Assembly: GCA_964291235.2 (NCBI GenBank)
Contig: OZ219815.1
Span: forward strand, 352,001 to 416,000
Direction of reading: 5' to 3'
DNA length: 64,000 bases
From: Vicinamibacteria bacterium
GTDB taxonomy: Bacteria > Acidobacteriota > Vicinamibacteria > Marinacidobacterales > Marinacidobacteraceae
In this document: in pieces, positions 59,727-64,000 of the stretch
Layout of the letters: each line of letters opens with the position of its first letter
Position numbering within the stretch: the first letter of the stretch is position 1
Translations under genes and position numbers: made by a program
The notes under the pieces: model-generated
Told to the model about the DNA's origin: nothing
Databases searched by the model: none
What the model saw: only the letters and a program-made list of their open reading frames with translations

Positions 59727-61154
59727 CTAAACCTCGCGCAGGGCAGACCCGAACGCCTCCGGCGCGCGCCGGCTGAACCGAATGCCGTGGCGTTTGAGCA
59801 TTTCGTTGAGCGTGGTGGGCTTCAGTCCGAGGACTTCGGCAGCCCGCTTCTGAATTCCGCCGACCCGGTCGAGCGTCTCGAGAAGGAGCTGCCGTTCCAC
59901 CTCGGAAATGTACTCGCGCAGCGTCACTCCGTCTTCCAGCGGCGGAACCGAGGAAACGGAGGCCCGCGACATCCGGCTTCTGACGGCGTCCGGAAGGAGC
60001 GAGGCGTCGATCTCGTTGCCGGGCGTCAACACGACGGCGCGTTCCACGGCGTTTTCCAGTTGGCGCACATTTCCCGGCCACGGGCAGTCAAGCAGCACCT
60101 GCATGGCGTTGGCGGAGAAGGAGAGTTCGGTCTTCCCGTTCTCTTCACCGTACTTCTTGAGGAAGTGCTGCGCGAGCGTCGGGATGTCTTCCCGGCGATC
60201 CCGGAGCGGCGGGAGGTGGATGTTGATGACGTCGAGCCGGAAATAGAGATCCTCGCGGAACTTGCCCTGCTCGGCGAGGCGCTTGAGGTCGGTGTTGGTG
60301 GCGGCGATGACCCGTACGTCCACCCTGATGGTCTCGACCCCCCCGAGGTTCATGAACTCTTTTTCCTGGATCACCCGGAGCAGTTTCGCCTGGGTGTCCA
60401 CGTGGACGGTGCCGATCTCGTCGAAGAAAATGCTTCCCCCGTCCGCAATCTCGAAGAGACCCTTCTTGGGCGCCACCGCGCCGGTGAAGGCGCCCTTGAG
60501 GTGGCCGAAGAGGTTGCTCTCGAGGAGCTCGGGGGGAAGGCTTCCGGAGTGGACGGTGACGAAAGGCCGCTTCTTGCGGGGGCTGAGACGATGGATGGCC
60601 TTCGCGACCAGTTCCTTTCCGGTCCCGCTCTCGCCGGTCACCAGGACGTTCGCCCGCGACCCGGCCACCTGCTCGACGAGCGCGTACACCTCCTGCATGC
60701 GCGGTGACTTGCCGACCAGTTCGTCGAAACGCTCGCGCCGGACCAACTGCTCCCGGAGCGAACGATTCTCGCGGGACAACCGCCGCTGGCGGATCCCGTT
60801 GCCGACCAGGTTGAGCACCTCGTCGTTCTTGAAGGGCTTCGTCAGGTAGTCGAAAGCGCCGCACTTGATCGCGGCCACCGCGGTCTCCACGGAAGCGAAG
60901 GCGGTGAGCATCACCACCGCGATCTCCGGGTCGATCTCCCGGACACGCTGCAGCACCTTCAATCCGGAAATGTCCGGGAGCATCACGTCCACGACAGCGA
61001 GATCGATCGGCTCCCGATCCACCACCCGGATGCCCTGCTCGCCGTTCTCCGCGAGCCGCACCGAGTACCCGGCCTGGCGCAGGAGCGCTTCAAGAATCTC
61101 CCGCATCACCTGCTCGTCGTCCACCACGAGCACGGTGCCCCGGTTTCGACTCAT
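59727..61154 (-). CDS. Sigma-54-dependent (NtrC-family) response regulator
   Basis: REC (VVDDE, DVMLP), GESGTGKE, GAFTGA, FREDLYFRL, WPGNVRQL, Fis-type HTH. Confidence 0.95.
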   Translation of the reverse strand: MSRNRGTVLVVDDEQVMREILEALLRQAGYSVRLAENGEQGIRVVDREPIDLAVVDVMLPDISGLKVLQRVREIDPEIAVVMLTAFASVETAVAAIKCGAFDYLTKPFKNDEVLNLVGNGIRQRRLSRENRSLREQLVRRERFDELVGKSPRMQEVYALVEQVAGSRANVLVTGESGTGKELVAKAIHRLSPRKKRPFVTVHSGSLPPELLESNLFGHLKGAFTGAVAPKKGLFEIADGGSIFFDEIGTVHVDTQAKLLRVIQEKEFMNLGGVETIRVDVRVIAATNTDLKRLAEQGKFREDLYFRLDVINIHLPPLRDRREDIPTLAQHFLKKYGEENGKTELSFSANAMQVLLDCPWPGNVRQLENAVERAVVLTPGNEIDASLLPDAVRSRMSRASVSSVPPLEDGVTLREYISEVERQLLLETLDRVGGIQKRAAEVLGLKPTTLNEMLKRHGIRFSRRAPEAFGSALREV

Positions 61155-64000
61155 CGGCTCGTCTCCACTCCCCGGGAACCGGCAGCCTTCGGCACGGCCA
61201 CGGGCGGCGGCCGGGGGACCGGACGTTCGGACGAGGAATCCGCCGCCGGGAATCGGATCAGGAAGCGGGTTCCGCTGCTGACGTCACTCTCGACCTCCAT
61301 GACGCCGCCGTGTTCCTGGACGATGCCGTAGCTGATCGAGAGGCCGAGGCCGTTCCCGCCGCTCTTCTTCCTGGTCGAAAAGAACGGATCGTAGATCCGC
61401 CGGATGTCTTCGGGGGCGATGCCTTCTCCGGTGTCGGCCACCTCGGCGATCACCTGCCCTCCCTCGCTCCGGGTGGTGATCGTCAGCCAACCCCCTGCCG
61501 GCATGGCGTCGAAAGCGTTCACCGCCAGGTTCACAAAGACCTGTTGCAGCTTGTTTGCGTCCCCGCGTAGCGGTGGGAGCGCCGCGTCCAGTTCCTTGCG
61601 GATGCGGATGTGTGAACTCTTCAACTGATGGTCCAGGAGTGATAGCACGTCGGCGAGGACGCGGTTCAGGTTCACGATCTGAAAATCGGTTTGCCCGTGC
61701 CGCGCGAAGTTGAGCAGGCCGTTGACGATCTTGGAGGCGCGCTCCGTCTGCTTTTCGATCTTGCTCAGCAGCGGGCGGCGCGGGTCGCTCTGTGCGGTCT
61801 GGTCCTGAAGCATCTGGGTGAAGCTGGAGATGCCGGTCAGGGGCGTGTTCACCTCGTGCGCGACGCCGGCGGCCAGGACGCCGAGGGAACTCATCTTTTC
61901 CCGCAGTTGCATTTCGTTCTCCATGCCGACCCGCTCCGTGACGTCCTCGAAGATGAGGAGCGCGCCGTGGCGCTGCCCGCCTCCCGACATGAACGGCGCC
62001 GCCTTCACGTTCACCACCCGGTCCCGGCCGTCGGCATTCTTCAGGTTGAGGCGCGAAATCCCGCCGCCGTCACTCCGGGACAGCCAGCCCTCCCCGAGCC
62101 CGGCGTCGAGCGCCTGCCGGAGACTCCTCGGAAAGACCGCCGCGTAGGAGGAGTGCGCCACCTCGTGGCGGCTGCGCCCGTAGAGGACCTCCATGGACCG
62201 GTTCCAACGGATGACACGGCCCTTGAGATCGAGCACCACCACGCCGGCGGCGAGCGATTCGATGGTGTCTTCGCTTTGCTCCCGGAGGGCGACCACCTCT
62301 TCGTGCTTGGCCTGGAGCGAGCTGTAGAGGCGGGCATTCACGAGCGCGGTGGCCGCCTGCGCCGACACCGTGCGGAGTAGATCCAGGTCCTCCGAGGACA
62401 GGTCCTCGCCGTCCACGGTGACCCCCAGCAAGAAGGCGCCCACGACTTCGCCCCGCGCGAAACAGGGAACGGCGTTCAGGACCCACACCCCCTCGCGAAC
62501 CGGAGCCGGCATCTGGCTGGTGCGCGCGATGGCGCCGGCGCTCAGGCGCTTTCGGACCGAGGCGGAGGCGATGAAGCGCTCGGCTTCCGCGATTTCCGCC
62601 TCGTCGAGACCGTGCGCGGCCATCACCTTCAATTCGGGAACGGCCGTGTCGTGGACGGCGGTGAGCAGCGCTACCCGCTGCATCCGGAAGGTTTCCGAAA
62701 CGCGCTCCACCAACCGGTTCGCCAGCGGCACCAGGTCGAGCTGGGAATTCATCTCGCCGGCCAGCCGGGCCAGGGCCCGCCGGAAGTCGTAGTGCTCGCG
62801 ATAGAAGAGGCGATCGATGAGGCGCTCGGTCCGGGTCCGGAACGCGGGGACCGCAAGGGCCGCGACGATGGCCGAGAGGACAGCGATGATCAGCGAGTGT
62901 TCGTCGCCGCCGAGCCAGGCGGTGCCGAGGAAGAAGGCCGCCAGGAAGATCGCGGCGATGCCCACCATCAGCGAGGCGAGCAGGATGCCCCGCTTGAAGA
63001 GGACCTCCACGTCCATCAGCCGGTACTTGACGATGGCGTAGGCGAAAGACAGCGGGACCAGGACCACCGGGACGAGCGACAGCTCCATTTCCGGGGTGGC
63101 GGGAAAACCGCTCAGGTAAGGAACCGCATAGATCAGCGCGAACGGCAGCATGCCCGCCCCGGTGCCCCAGACGATCCATTTGAGCTGCTTGGAAACCGTG
63201 ACGCTCTCGGCGTTGCGATAGGCGTCCACGAAGGCGGCGAACGCCGCGAGGGAATACAGCGCCCAAAGCACCGGCTCGAGCCGGTCCACGACAAACTCGC
63301 TGCCGGTGATTACCCCGCCCCCCGGACTGAACGGGGAGAAATAGAGGATGCGGGAGCCGACCGAAAGCCCCAGCAGGGCGAAGGACGGCCCGTAGATCCC
63401 CTGGAGCAGCCGGGGCCATTTCTCGACGAACCGGCTGCGGCCCGGGAAGGTGAGGGCGAAGTGGAGGAAGACCGGCGGAAAGAACAGCACCCCGATCCGG
63501 TCCAGCCAGAAGTAGAGGTGATCGAAGAAATCCAGCTCGCCGGTGAACGAGAAAGAGAAGGCGAGCAGCCAGAGCAGGCAGAGCCCGTAGAAATGGGCCG
63601 AGGCGGAGGCGCCGCGGCGGAACGCGTACACGAAAGTTCCCACGCCGCCGGCGAAGAAGCCGACCACCGCCAGGAACAGGTAGAGGGAGATATTTCCGGT
63701 GGGCAGCGGCACCACGGAGAGCGTCATGCCGCGGCGTTCGCCCTCCCGGATGAGCACGTAGCGCAGTTGCGAGCCCGGCGAAGCGTCGTCAAGCACCGTG
63801 TCCACGTCAAGCGCGCTGTCCACTTCGACCGTGGTTCCGCTGCCCCGGTCCGTGATGACCTGGAGTGCGTCGCCTACTTCGATGCCGGCCTGGTCGCCCG
63901 CTCCCCCTTCTTCCACGCGCATGGCGACGACGCGGCCGAGTTCGTCGCCCCACAGGACGCCGTCGTCCATGACCCCGGACACCACCTGGCGCGCCACGTT
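61151..64000 (-). CDS. Membrane sensor histidine kinase (PDZ, TM, GAF, PAS, HisKA), 5'-truncated by window
   Basis: AGVAHEVNTPL, NLAVNA.DAM, DTGEGI, GNGLGL; 4-bp overlap with the regulator. Confidence 0.92.
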   Translation of the reverse strand, partial: NVARQVVSGVMDDGVLWGDELGRVVAMRVEEGGAGDQAGIEVGDALQVITDRGSGTTVEVDSALDVDTVLDDASPGSQLRYVLIREGERRGMTLSVVPLPTGNISLYLFLAVVGFFAGGVGTFVYAFRRGASASAHFYGLCLLWLLAFSFSFTGELDFFDHLYFWLDRIGVLFFPPVFLHFALTFPGRSRFVEKWPRLLQGIYGPSFALLGLSVGSRILYFSPFSPGGGVITGSEFVVDRLEPVLWALYSLAAFAAFVDAYRNAESVTVSKQLKWIVWGTGAGMLPFALIYAVPYLSGFPATPEMELSLVPVVLVPLSFAYAIVKYRLMDVEVLFKRGILLASLMVGIAAIFLAAFFLGTAWLGGDEHSLIIAVLSAIVAALAVPAFRTRTERLIDRLFYREHYDFRRALARLAGEMNSQLDLVPLANRLVERVSETFRMQRVALLTAVHDTAVPELKVMAAHGLDEAEIAEAERFIASASVRKRLSAGAIARTSQMPAPVREGVWVLNAVPCFARGEVVGAFLLGVTVDGEDLSSEDLDLLRTVSAQAATALVNARLYSSLQAKHEEVVALREQSEDTIESLAAGVVVLDLKGRVIRWNRSMEVLYGRSRHEVAHSSYAAVFPRSLRQALDAGLGEGWLSRSDGGGISRLNLKNADGRDRVVNVKAAPFMSGGGQRHGALLIFEDVTERVGMENEMQLREKMSSLGVLAAGVAHEVNTPLTGISSFTQMLQDQTAQSDPRRPLLSKIEKQTERASKIVNGLLNFARHGQTDFQIVNLNRVLADVLSLLDHQLKSSHIRIRKELDAALPPLRGDANKLQQVFVNLAVNAFDAMPAGGWLTITTRSEGGQVIAEVADTGEGIAPEDIRRIYDPFFSTRKKSGGNGLGLSISYGIVQEHGGVMEVESDVSSGTRFLIRFPAADSSSERPVPRPPPVAVPKAAGSRGVETSR

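Overview
High-GC bacterial chromosome segment. GWxTD, PDZ-histidine kinase and carboxypeptidase-like/TonB proteins suggest Acidobacteriota, and the FN3/Ig lipoproteins suggest a host-associated lineage (both inferences). Core genes include an ATP-grasp/alpha-E/transglutaminase operon, mutM, dprA-topA-xerC, pncA-pncB, serS, three tRNAs and a sigma-54 two-component pair. The main accessory feature is a ~10 kb candidate island (about 43.1-53.2 kb) at the 3' end of tRNA-Ser(TGA). It carries a translationally coupled tandem array of five paralogous lipoprotein metzincin proteases (constant lipoprotein leader, FN3 or Ig-like spacer, variable HExxHxxGxxH domain). The array is flanked by an Arg-rich HTH gene and a broken BCS1-like AAA gene. 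The window also has a candidate anti-Shine-Dalgarno sRNA, two other structured intergenic RNA candidates, a MITE family, REP/REPIN arrays and two genes that appear to need non-canonical starts. All calls come from reading the sequence by eye; no database searches were run.
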